A stretch of DNA of 60,418 nucleotides, the filler included, from Catajapyx aquilonaris (lineage: Eukaryota), in NCBI GenBank assembly GCA_000934665.2. It is 2 parts of 2 records of this genome, joined end to end, with 100 filler letters (N's around TTAATTAATTAA, not from the genome) between each part and the next. Parts side by side here need not be neighbours in the genome. Positions count along the whole stretch, not along the records: positions 1 to 30,151 come from JYFJ02004680.1; 1 more part is not named here. One strand, given 5' to 3'. Position 1 is the stretch's first letter. Every line of letters begins with the position of its first letter. The notes beneath the pieces are model-generated. The model was not told where the DNA came from. It worked only from the letters and a program-made list of their open reading frames with translations, and did not search any database. Both the position numbers and the translations under genes were made by a program. This document shows positions 1 through 12,075 of this stretch, in pieces.

Positions 1-3000
1 ATGATTACTCCTTGATGTTTTACTAAACCGTATTTCAAAGAGAGGTTTATTCAGTTCCTCAAGATGCATAAATCCCTAATTTACCCTGTATTTGGAAATG
101 TCTTCTTCAGTTCAATAGAAACGGATGCGTGAGCCAAAATGGATCCATAACTTTATTCACCTATCAAAGCGCAATTTCAACTGGCAAAAAACAGATGATA
201 TAACCTGTTTGCCACTATAGCAATATTCCGGATACATTTTTAGGAATTATTCTGCCACAGGCCAGAAGGTTTAGTTTCAATGAGAATCGGGCTTTCTATA
301 ATAATACACCATGGGATAGTGCCCAGCAGTAGAGAAATATGAATTGAAATAATATCATTCCGCTCTAAATATTGTGAGTGAGGAGAAATTAGTATATATA
401 TTAATGAGTAATTATTAGATCTTTATGACACCTATGTAAATTTTTATTGTAAGAATTTGAAAATGCGTTTATGGTCATTTCACGCTTCTCTACAAAAAAA
501 CCTCCACATTTCTCAAATGTTATTTTGTTCTGGACATGCTTCTCAACGTCTGTGTACAAAAAATGCACACATCTTTTCTTAATAAAATGCTATTTTGATT
601 TTTCATAAATCTCTGCGGTTTACCCCTCGATAGAGCAGCAGTGATCCAGCATATAAAGCATAAAAGTTGTGTTCTTCGGTGTACAGTACCGGTTACATAT
701 TATACTTGTATTATACTTGTACTTATGCTATATCATGGACTACGGGTCATTACTTTGATATGATCAGTAAATACCTGAGAGTTATGACCCATCAAGATGT
801 TGAATTGGTCAGTTTATAGCTGGTCTCCTCTTTACGTCACATCTCTCTTGACCTGTTACTCTCACATTTATGCTTTTTAGTAAAATAATACAGCGTGGAG
901 AGGACGATATTATCTAACATAATTCCAGTCATTTAGAGGTCAGCCATCTTGTATTTTTCCCCATTCATTTGCTTTTTCAAAATGTTCTCATATTTATTTT
1001 ACTAAGAATAGTTTTGGATCATAAATACCTACTACGAAGAAGGAAAACTTCAGCTTTTCGGATATTACATAACAAACCAAGTTAAGTGTCCCTTCCACAC
1101 ATGCTGCACATGCTATGTAGGCAAATATCGCAAATCAATACCGTCAATGAAACTTTTAAAAGGGAATTATTTCTAACCAACACAGAAGTGAATTAAAATG
1201 TTTCCAATTTCCCTCCTATCTATCGCACTCTTCGACCAATACAGGATGACCGAACACACGCTGTTTCGAATATAAACCCATCTGTTCCGTTCTCTTTTTT
1301 GTAGCTCCCCTATACGAAATTGTCTGTAACTGGTTTAACAGGTGGGGCAGAAACGTAACTACGTACGGTTACGGCCATTTTACAGGCTGTTTTTGCTGAT
1401 GGTGTAGAGTTCCTCTCTCCCGCCCAAAATGAGAGAACGAAAATGGAGTATAGCCTGTGAGGAAGGTGTCAGAATAGAAACCCACAAGCGTTACAAGGAA
1501 GGCCATCTCAATGGCCTACCGCTATACACTTCGAATTACCTCGTATTTGCCCGTTTCAGCACGTCCTCGTGGTCTCCAGCACGAAAAAATCCTTATGACA
1601 CGTGACATTTTGAAATTCTCCCGCAGGCTTTTCTCTTGCACTTCATCACGTGTCATCTCTGTTGACGCTTCCGAATTGCTCCCAAAAAATCTGTCCATCA
1701 GTTGGCTCTGCCATCATCTGCATCGAGCCATTAATTTGGGCCCCCTGCTGCTTCTCCTCCCCATCCTATCCTATGGTGTCCCCCTTTTTTGTCAACGAAT
1801 GGAAAGTGTATTTGCGCGGAAGCTCACACGGTCATATCGACTGGCACGTCCCATCACGTATTATCATTCCAAATTACTTTATCCTGGCGCGTGAAAAGCA
1901 ATGGAGTGAGGTGGTTGGAATATCTTGTGTAGCATTTAATTCCATTTTTGCTCATTTTTTATGCGAGCGGGTTGAAAATAAAATTGTCTGTAGCTACTGG
2001 AGCATATATGGGAAGTTCTTGCACGTTCGGTGAAAAAAAAAATCGGCGATTAGAGTAATGACTTTAACATGGCAGGGACTTTCAATGTTGGACGTGTTTG
2101 ACTTTATTAAAACGGGAAGCTGGCGGCAGCGATCTCATTATGGGAATGTGCTGCCGGAAATGAAAGGAACCCTAGCCAAGTTCCCATGCTGCAAAAGTTG
2201 CGACGAGAATAATAATACCCGTCCTTTAAATTCCCAATCACCGAACGTAAAGTAATGGAGGTGCTAAACGATGTACCGTCCCAAACATTTTAGGCGATAC
2301 CTTCGAATCCAGGGCTGGAGGGTGCTGGTCTATGTTTACCAGCGAAACATAATAGAATTACGCTGATACTTGCATCGGCACACACTCAAAGGCGGCTTTT
2401 TAAGCCCTTTACTCTCTGCCTCCTACTAGCCCCAGCCAGCCACCACCCACTCCTCTTTTTACTCTGCACTCTATTGAGGCAAATCCGTCCTGTGTAGTGT
2501 CAGTGTCATTGCCATATGACGCTGTCTATAACACGCAACCGGCCCGTCATAATGCAGAAGAGTAGACTGCTTATGAAATAATTACGAGCACTAAAGAGAG
2601 GGCAGCCCTTTTAGAAGCGATGGTTTCCATAATGCAGAGTGTGCAGTCTATATCGATTTTTTTTGCCTCTCTTCGTTAATGCGCTAAAATGTTTCAGAAT
2701 AGAACTCTCAGGATGCTAATGAAACCCCCACCCCTCACAGACAGTGTTGTAACGACAGAGACATCAGAGAGCAGAACACCCTTCCTTCGTCTCCCTTTGC
2801 TATTCCTTTCTGGAAGACAGATCTCGCTAATGCTCTAGGAAATGTTTAATCTCCAGTGACTTGCTTTGCAGTACTGTACCTCACCTGTTGCACTTTCGAC
2901 CCACAGGTTCTTGCAATTCAAACCCTCACTAGCGTGTCGGGAGACATGGAGTTGGGTCGCAACCCAATAAGCCGGGGAGCGAAAACCTATCTCGTCGAGT

Positions 3001-3357
3001 CTATTTGAATTACATTATGCTGCTATTCAGCTGGGGTATAAATATTGAAAGGGTATGTACTGGGTGGAAAAGTTATTACCATATAATAGCTCGTTTGAAG
3101 CTCATTTTGGGAATGCTGCATAAGGGATGTAGCAGACGTCGAGCCGTATGGGGATGTAAGTTCAATTTGAGAGTTCGTGGGAATTTAACAGTATACCAAT
3201 GGCCTCGCCTTTTCGCGAATACTTTAGTCGTATTCGCATGTAGATGCGACGGTAAGCAGCTTTCCTATTTCCATATGACTGTATATCATTTGGAAGCGGG
3301 AATACTAATAATAGTTTCGCGCAGTATGTAGCATAATTTTATGTCTATAACAACTTT

Positions 3358-3833
3358 CGTCGCCAGGAATGGTGGACATTCTGCCAGTGTTTCATATTAC
3401 CACCGATAGGAGGCGGACGATCATTTGGACGGGATGAACCAGAGTTTTCTGACGGAAAGAGACACCATGATCTCACTACTTTGTGGACCAATCTTAAATA
3501 TGGAATAGCCATTTTGTCACACACATCGTATATTTCATACACATTTTTAGATCAATGAAATATCTCAATTGAAAGTAGCTTTTTCGGGCTCAAGAGCAAA
3601 ATGCAACGCAAAACCTCATAAGCGGAATGAGACACCATTATCTCCCAAACATAATTGCAATATTAATTTTTTAGAGTCACCAGGGTATGCAGGAGTCTAT
3701 TACCTTCATACACATTGAAAAATAAAATTAATTCGATCAAAATTAACCGAGTTACAGCTGTTTTACACTGCAATCCCTATGTAGCTTATGGGCGCAGGAG
3801 TCGCAAGGCCGATGTCCACCATTCCTGGCGACG
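3358..3833. mobile_element. Non-autonomous DNA transposon (MITE), superfamily unclear
   Basis: Perfect 22-bp TIRs CGTCGCCAGGAATGGTGGACAT (3358) / ATGTCCACCATTCCTGGCGACG (3812-3833). AT-rich non-coding interior. Flanks are T-rich (cttt / tttt), so the TSD is ambiguous. Confidence 0.8.
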
Positions 3834-6800
3834 TTTTTCTGCAAGTTCTCATGTCAGAGAGAAGTAAAGCAAGTATCAAAGGACATCAATAAATACCCAC
3901 GTTATGGCTAAAAAAAAGACTTAAAAACATAAGATCCAAGCTTACAATATTATTTTAAAGGCTCGGAATGCCACATTCCATTTTATTACAATGCATGTAA
4001 CAAAGTACAATATACAGTAAGTATATTGGTTGCTCCGGCTATCAACAAAGAGTCGAAGTACACAACGTGCAAAAAGGTACAGGAAGAGCAACATGCTCCT
4101 AAGTTTTCAAAGTAATCCCTTCTGCCTCGTTTAAAAGTCCGTCGCCTTTGTTAAAATGAGTGAGTGAGTTTCCGCTTGACATGAAAGCAACCAAGTTTTA
4201 AAGTTTGCTCGCCAGCGAGTCTCGAATCTAATGAACTTGTCTTTGGATTTGACAGAAAATGCCACAGTGTCAAAACTTGCCTGATTTTTCACTCTTGATT
4301 AGAAAAATGCCTTATGGCAAACAAGAACTGGAAGTGTCGAGTGTGAATGGGCGATCATAAATTGCCTTTTTTCCGTACTAAAGCCGTTCCGGCAATCTAC
4401 GACCGTTGATTTTGTTCTAGAAATTCAACAAGGTCTCGGGATTTTTTTCTCCCAAGGTTTACCTTATAAAGCTTTAAGATTTCTGCCAAATATCCAATAC
4501 CTTATTCAAATTATTCTTCAATAGAGTACACCGCATGTTTCATAATTTTTCTCACATCCGCATCGGTTGAAATGATGTGGACATTGGTATTCCTGAGTCC
4601 GCCATTTTAGTCGGTCAGAAGAACCAAACGCGCACCTTCCCTACGCAGCTCCTCGGCAATTCTCCCCCTTTTCTCCCTTTCAGGATGCCAACATGACATG
4701 TAGGCCAATTTGATATTTCTGATGATACGTATGTGAGCAAAACTATAAAACACTCTATAGGCCTATATAAAACTGTAGGTAGGTACAGTAACGAACAAAA
4801 TGGTGGGGAAGGGCCAGGATTACGAGCTTCATCGAGTTCACTGTTAAACCTGTGATGCCTCTCCTCCAATCCTATTTTACAGTAGAGTACGCCAAGATTA
4901 TGACATCCGCTACTGCATTAGAGCATAGGCATCACTGGTATTACGGTAAACTCTATAGAGCCTCATCTTTTTGTTAGCTACTATACTTTGGACGCAAGTG
5001 TCCAATTGGACGTTTTGCAAGAAAATAAAATCCGCCTCCCAATTACGCAAATTGTGCGATAATACTCTGAATGAAGCTAATTAAAATGGAGGGTAATCGC
5101 AGCAATGAGATCATGGGCTGTTAAATCAAATTAAGCGAGGCGTTACTTGTTTTATTTGGCCTTCGAGTGAACACTGTCGGCGACGAGACGTGCAATTCCT
5201 CCATTATAGTCGTGTGTCACAAAGCAGCACTTGCAGTTTCACATAGCTTCAGCGAGTTCGTCTCCGCAACACTGAACAATTCCCTCCAGCCTCGCAGGAT
5301 ACTTCCTACCTGTTACGCGATATATCGCAGCTGGACAAATTCGCATTCCACTGGTACAGCGTGCCATTTTTCTGACATGCTAACCACCTTTGCAACTGCC
5401 TAGAGCTGTGTCCGTTTGTCACCTGCTGACCGCAAGTAGCCAGGATAATATCAGCTTTCTAGCACCTTGTCACCTGTTACGTGCTAACTTATGTATAGCT
5501 GGAGAAAAGGCTGGAATTCTCCTTTCAGCTATTTTTTTTTGTACCTCCAGGTTATTTTTTGCACCATGTACGGTACTGTACCTCTGGATGCTTATCGCAC
5601 AGGATATCCCTTTGAGCCGGAAATCTCCCCTTGGGTGGCTATAAGATGGGACGCCCTTTTAGTGTCGTGAAAAGGAAAGGGAGGCCTATATTCCGGATTT
5701 GCGTTTCAAACCTTGACGTCCTCCCGGATAAGATGTTTTTTGCTGATCGGATTTACAGACCTCCGGCCAACGTTCAAGTGACAACGGATACCTTGCCTGT
5801 GCTATAGCTTATGTGGGCTGTGCTTGAAAGATTTTTCTCACTCACAAACGGTCAGAGGAACGTACAGGGATCAGGATGTTATTAAAAAGTCAAGATTCCA
5901 GTGGGGGTAGTAACTTCAGAGTTATCTTTTTACATTGACATTTGATATAGCTTGCTGGTCCGAAAAATCAAAGTTTTTAATGTACATAAGTTATTATTAT
6001 TAATAACAGTACAATAAACTCACCTAATAATAATTACAACACGCCATGAAAACATAAAATGTATCGCCATTTTCAAACTTTGTAAGCGCAAAACCTGGCA
6101 TCCGCATTTTTCCTGCTAACAACTGCACTTGTCACCCGGTCACAACCCGCATCAAAAATACACAACAATAAATCTAAACACACCCACAAATTCCTATCCC
6201 AGAACAACTGTATGCCGGTCAAAATAATGACCAAAACCAGTTGAACTACCTGCATCCTTTCACACTCCGTTATATTTCACAGACCCCATGACTGATGGAT
6301 TGACGTCCACGCCTGCAGATGGACATTGTAATTAGCGGCGCCTATCGGGAAGTTTTCACGCCACCGAGTTTGAACATCGGGAAACGCACCGGAAATTTCA
6401 ACCCCGATACCATTTTTACAACCCAAACAAAAAGGGACATTGTACGCCCAGTCTGAATGGGCATGTGAAAGTCCCCCAAAATCGAAAAGGTGCATAATGC
6501 TTGTATAGAGAAGCGGATGGGTGTCCATGGTTTCAGAGAGGACAACTACTGGAGAGCACAAACGTGAGACTCTCCCAACATCCACCAAGACGATATTGAT
6601 CTGGCGACTTCAGCTTCAGAGTAGAGCCAGGCGCAGCAGGATGTCTGCTGAAGATATGGTGCTTTCGCCTAAAAATTGGTGGGAGGACCCTCATTAATTT
6701 TCTTCTGATATTCAAATCAGGTGGAAGCATTTGGTGGTTGTTTTTAACGGGTCTAATTACGACGGGTTTTAATTTTTAGGCGGTAATTAACAGATTTAGG

Positions 6801-7620
6801 GGGGTTAATTGTGTTTATTGCTTGGGTGTACAGGGTGATCGTAAAGGGTGCTGGTAGTAAGGTGGTATTAATATCGGGGAGGCATATGGGCTACATAAAA
6901 GCGTTCAATTTTATCCCCCTGCTGATTCAAGATGGGTATGAAGGATTAGCTTAATTGGCTTTTTCATTTAGATATATGGCTAGTGCATAAATTGCGTTAC
7001 GGTGTTTCGCGGTTTTTGACCTTTCCCTTGCGGGTAACGATTCCCGATTCCTCTCTCACCATCCCCTAAAGTTGCGTAATAGTGGCATAAATAACGGCTC
7101 CCACTCTCACTTTTTTAACTGTTCGGCCATAAATTATAAATATAAAATTTTTTATGCATCACACGTACCAACACGTACCAAACAATCAGCAAATGCGTGA
7201 TAAATCCGAATAGGAGGGACAGGGGATAGTTAATGAATAATTAGTTAATACATGTACCAGTCCGAATTAGAACTCTAGTCCAGGGTTGGGTCGTCGTTCA
7301 CCTTTATTCATGCCGCAAACTTTGTTCATATAGCCAGGGGTGAATAATCCATTAACTCTTTCCCGTACCCTCCTCTTCGGATCGTTAACTTGGGCAGAGA
7401 AACACTGACATGTATGCTATAACTCAAACTCTAGAAATTAGTTGTTTCTGCATTTTTTGAGTGTACAGTATAATATACCGTAGGCCCCCGGTTATCCGTG
7501 TTAAACCCAACCCTATATTACATACAAGTACAGTACATACAAGTATGTTATGTGATAGCCTACGTTTTTAGCATGCATACATATATCTAAGTTTAATATA
7601 TCAATTTTACACATTAGACG

Positions 7621-8268
7621 TCAAAATAAAATTGTCAATAAAATAAAACATACTTTAAAGAAAGCTATGTAGAGCAAGAGCAAAGCATAGCAGAAGACAA
7701 CTCCAAGAATGCAGGCATCCCCCTGCTTTACTCCAGTGCACACTTCCTTCGGTGCAGGCATATTCAATGGGTTCAGGAAATTCTTGAATTCAATTATTGG
7801 ATAATTGACAGAATCGTCTTCCTTCACGACCTACCCTAGTCTGTGACAAAAAATTCTCGTCTGTGGCGAATTGATGCAGCAGTTTCATATTGGTTCTTGT
7901 ATTGTTTTTTCTTGGGGACAGGGTAATTATTTTCACATAACCAATCAAGATGTTTTAAATCAGATGTGATATGCCAGGGTACATGATGATTAAAAATTAG
8001 TAATTCAATGAGTGTTACGTTGTGCCGAAATGTTCTGTTTGTTCTTCTGTCGAGCTCTGTCATAATACCTTTGCCGATTTTTAGTGGTAAATCCAAAATA
8101 TATTTCGCCCATTAGCTACTTTTTAAATAAATCCTGTGTCATCGAGCTTGTTCTTTTTAACTCCTCTCTACGCGAAGGATTATTTGTTGGAAGTATTAAC
8201 TTTGTAAGCCCTGCTTACCCTTTGTGGACGACTGTGATTGTCGGAAATCTCCTGACACAACAAGCCAT
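7621..8268 (-). pseudogene. Decayed ORF relic of unknown family with hydrophobic C-terminus
   Basis: Adjacent minus-strand ORF pieces (WAKYILDLPLKIGKG...REFFVTD; VVKEDDSVNYPII...GVVFCYALLLLYIAFFKVCFILLTILF) can be joined across stops and frameshifts. No recognisable domain. Confidence 0.25.
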
Positions 8269-8333
8269 TTTCAGTAGTGTGTAGACTTGCCAAACACGAA
8301 CATAGGCCTACTTGGCAAAAATTACCCCAGTGT

Positions 8334-8404
8334 CCCCCCCCCCTCTCTCTCCCTCTCTCTCCCTCTCTCCCTCTCTCCCTCTCTCTCTCCCTCCCCTCTC
8401 TCTC
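8334..8404. repeat. Poly-C plus (CT)n microsatellite
   Basis: Direct reading: C run followed by imperfect ctctctctcc repeats. Confidence 0.95.
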
Positions 8405-10250
8405 AGGCAAGGCATTCCTTGTGAACGGGTAGGCTATACTTGATGTGCCCTCAGAGGCTACTTAGTATCTATACATATTCCTGGATGATGTAGCCTATAC
8501 TATGACAGGAAAATAGACACACCGATGTCTGATTAACTGAAACAGATTCATGTCTGAAACCTGAGAAAATATATACTGAAAGTTATTCCCATACAATATT
8601 AGACCTATATCATAGATGACGTCGCTTCGGAGGTTAATCTGCCGACTGCCTGATAATGACAGTTCTTAGGATATATCACAGGTGATGGTGTAGGTTAAGG
8701 AGTGTTTCAGATGCCCAATTTTTATATAATAAAGGCCCTAATGCAAAATTTTAGGTTTTAGGAATACAGCTAATCGGCTATCAGCACACCTTTCATCTCT
8801 GTATAAAAGTATAATTATAGGTAGCCTGGAAATGTGCTAGAATTTTTTAGAATAATTACAGTACAAACATACAAATTTTGCACGAAGAAATACTAAAATA
8901 TCCAATTGATTTTGCAAAATAATATTTCATAATGAAATGGGGTCCTTTTTTGACATTGATATTATACACCATTTGGATATAATGTGACTAAGCTCATATG
9001 TGCTGCCAGTTGGTCCTGCTGATCGGACTGCCAGAGTAATTTCAGTTGCAATTTATTCCTCACTAATCAACAAGCTGACAGTAACCATGTGCGCAATAAT
9101 TTCTAACCAAATCCCTCTGTAAATTACTTGCTCTGTATAACAGTGATGAACATGCCCTATAATTAATTGAGGCCATTCTAGAGAAAGAGCATTTGAAATA
9201 CTGTAATCTGTAGAGGTGTGATGCTTGCTATGCAAATTCTTGAAGAATATAATGTTACGGGGCGTATACATGTACTACATTATACATATTTTAAAAATTT
9301 CAAAGCAGTGGATCTTACGCATTTTTTCTTCACTGGAAAGATAATATTAGAAGTTCAGTTAACTTTGTCGCAATGCCACTACTACGACTTCGCATCATTT
9401 TTCAAAATTCCTAAAAACTAAATGTAATTTGCTTTCTGAAATCAAACTGCGCTTAGATGGAAAAGCTAATATTTGACCTCATTCCGGCAGACTGGTCGGT
9501 TTGCCGGAGATGTTGAAAAAGTCCCCTTTCAATTTCACCTACAAAATTATGAAGAGAGGACGTTTCCACGTCATTATTATTTACCGTACAATTTTTATTC
9601 CGAAAATTTTCCCCGTTCATTTCGGCGTTGCAAACTTCCGCTAATGGGCTTTACTCCACAATGCCATGTTCACCTGTTTTTTTTCCTTTCAAGAACCAGG
9701 TTGAATGAACGCAAGTCACGTTTCAATCACATGCGAAGTTTCATCGGAAATCGTTGCACACCTCTCACGCAACAAACATTGGCGTTCAGGAGAATTCGGG
9801 TTTTCCAATGAATCAAGTGATCTAGTGGAATTAGAAAGGATGGTGTACTGATAGGCCTTTGTAATGCCGGTGAGCGGCCCTCGAACAGGCCCTCTGAGTA
9901 AAACACGTCCTGACTTTGGGAACTCTTAAGTGTTTACTGAATGTCAACAATACCTGCCAGTTGACAACCTGATAGTCATGCCAACTGGCCAACAATACAG
10001 ATGGCGTGCTGTCCACTCTCAAACATTCTGGTGCCGGAATTGATCAAACACTGGGCTGTATAACTGTCAACAAAGAAGAATTATTTTGTTTTGAAACCAT
10101 TTCAGTTGACGTCTTAGTATAGTAAGGAACTCTCAGTGTTCCGGAACCAACATATAATGAAATATTAAATGACAATTTTTTTGTGTGTATTTTAGTTTAG
10201 AATCATGCAAGTCGTTACTTGGAAACTGCTAAAATAACAGTTATCCGTAG

Positions 10251-10501
10251 CAGGGTCCCCTACATGGTTGCCTCCCCCACCCTAACCAGCAGGGTATTGT
10301 CTTCACGTAGTCCTTATGTAATCTAGCTCCAATAATATGGCCGCCCCATGCTGCAGGATAGGGAATTGGCAAGCGATTCGTTTTTGTTTTTTTCAATTGT
10401 TTTTTTTTTCACTGCATGTAGCTCCTATGTGAATTAGCTCCAATATGGCGGAGAGACAATACCCTGTCTAGGTGGGGGAGGCACTCATGTAGGTGACCCT
10501 G
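10251..10501. mobile_element. hAT-type MITE
   Basis: Imperfect TIRs of about 50 bp (CAGGGTC.CCTACATG... / ...CATGTAGGTGACCCTG). Exact 8-bp TSD ATCCGTAG at 10243-10250 and 10502-10509. Confidence 0.88.
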
Positions 10502-11885
10502 ATCCGTAGCAGTGAAAGAATTGACTAACTCTCCAGAACACTGAACAGAGTAATCATCATGTCATGCAACGCTTAGAAGATGCTTTCACATTATACGTCC
10601 AAAAAGCCATTTTCGACCTTACCATTCCGCAAGCTTACTAACATACCCTAACCCACTTCCCCAACTCTCTCTCTCTCCCAACTCCGGCAGGCAATTTGAT
10701 AAGCTCCCACCTTGCACAACAGTGTCTCCTCTTACCTAACCTATTCCCATTACTGCTCATCCTAAAGTTAGGCGCCCGCTGTTTCCCCTTAGTATAATGG
10801 TGGCGTCAACCCTACGCCATTTCCTTTTGGGCAAAATGCGGCTACATAGCATCACACTTTGAGCATTCATAAGCCAGTCTTATAGTATCGATAAACCCGT
10901 AACTTTCAACACTATATAGCAACCCATTCGGGACACTCTTTCCGAAAATTCGACCCTTGGCTGAAGCCTCGCACGCTATCTGTGAACAACTAGAGGTTAA
11001 AAGCCTATATCGGGAGTTGAAGCCAAACAAGGTTTTCTTGCAAAAGGTCATACCCTTCAAGTCTCGTACGTTACGTTTTATGACTTCGTAAAGGTAGGTC
11101 TTACTGTTGCATGCACTCTCTCTTGGGTATAAAATAATTCTCGCGGGACGATCCGTCACGGTTAGCACTGACATTAGCGTCCCCCTCTGTAATTGGGCAA
11201 GCCTTTCTTGCATCACATACGGTGTAGCTCGTAATGTTTAGCAATTAATTCCTGGGGCACGTAAAACACTGCGCTTCGCACGCAGCGATAGCTCTCATGT
11301 ATGAGTCTCTCCAACTAGTCCAGATGCCAAGACGAAGCAACCAACGAACGATGGAGGGATAATCCGGTTAGACAAAAGTTCTCAGCCTAACGTCACTGCT
11401 CATGAAACTTAGAGCACCTAATGCGGGTTTTGCTGGGGCTCTTTTTTTCTCCATCCAAACTTGCACAATCCGCTTACTTGACGTCTCAGCCGTATAAAAT
11501 GATATCGTCTAAAACAGGTGGCTTAGGTTCTCCTGGAATGTCTAGTTAAATTGTTGATTGTTTGAGTCAAGATTTACTCACGTAACAAGATCGCATGTCA
11601 GAAACATTTCAAGCACATTCCAGCACCCTGAGGTGACTTAGCTACACTGTTTTGTACATGCATTTTACAGCTCTAGAATGATTTGCATGTTTCCCGACAG
11701 AAGTTCACCCTGTAAGTTTGTTTGAATCATTATTTAACACCCTGTAGACCTATATAAATAATTATTGCATTGCAATAAAAAACAATGCTTATAAAACTAC
11801 TGTGTTGGCCTATTACAGCTATGACTGGTGTGGCAGATAAGTTTGGTACTTCATATTTACGTAAAACTGGCCTACATTAAAATGA

Positions 11886-12075
11886 TTATTTTGCTTTGAC
11901 AGAAGCTCCGCATCCTTCAACGTTCTGGCTATGCTCTAGATAATAAATTGTAGCCCTGAAACCAAGCCTTTTATACTGTGTATACATGTCACCATGACTT
12001 TATCCCTATACTTTGTCAGTAACTGATTATGTATTAATATATGCTCTGCTGTTTCCGCAATAGTGTTCATCAGTA
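11886..12075 (-). pseudogene. CUB-domain-like coding relic
   Basis: One frame reads DEHYCGNSRAYINT*SVTDKV*G*SHGDMYTQYKRLGFRATIYYLEHSQNVEGCGA. This resembles the CUB C-terminal pattern YCG...S...V...SD...GFxAxY followed by CG of a next domain. Three in-frame stops. Confidence 0.4.

Noticed and set aside
891..1106. Possible degenerate Tc1-type MITE
   Set aside because: The terminal match (CAGCGTGGAGAGGAC versus CAGCATGTGTGGAAGGGAC) is too weak and the right TA is missing.
1511..2033. Overlapping 127-aa ORFs
   Set aside because: No domain motifs or splice signals support them, and their length is compatible with chance.
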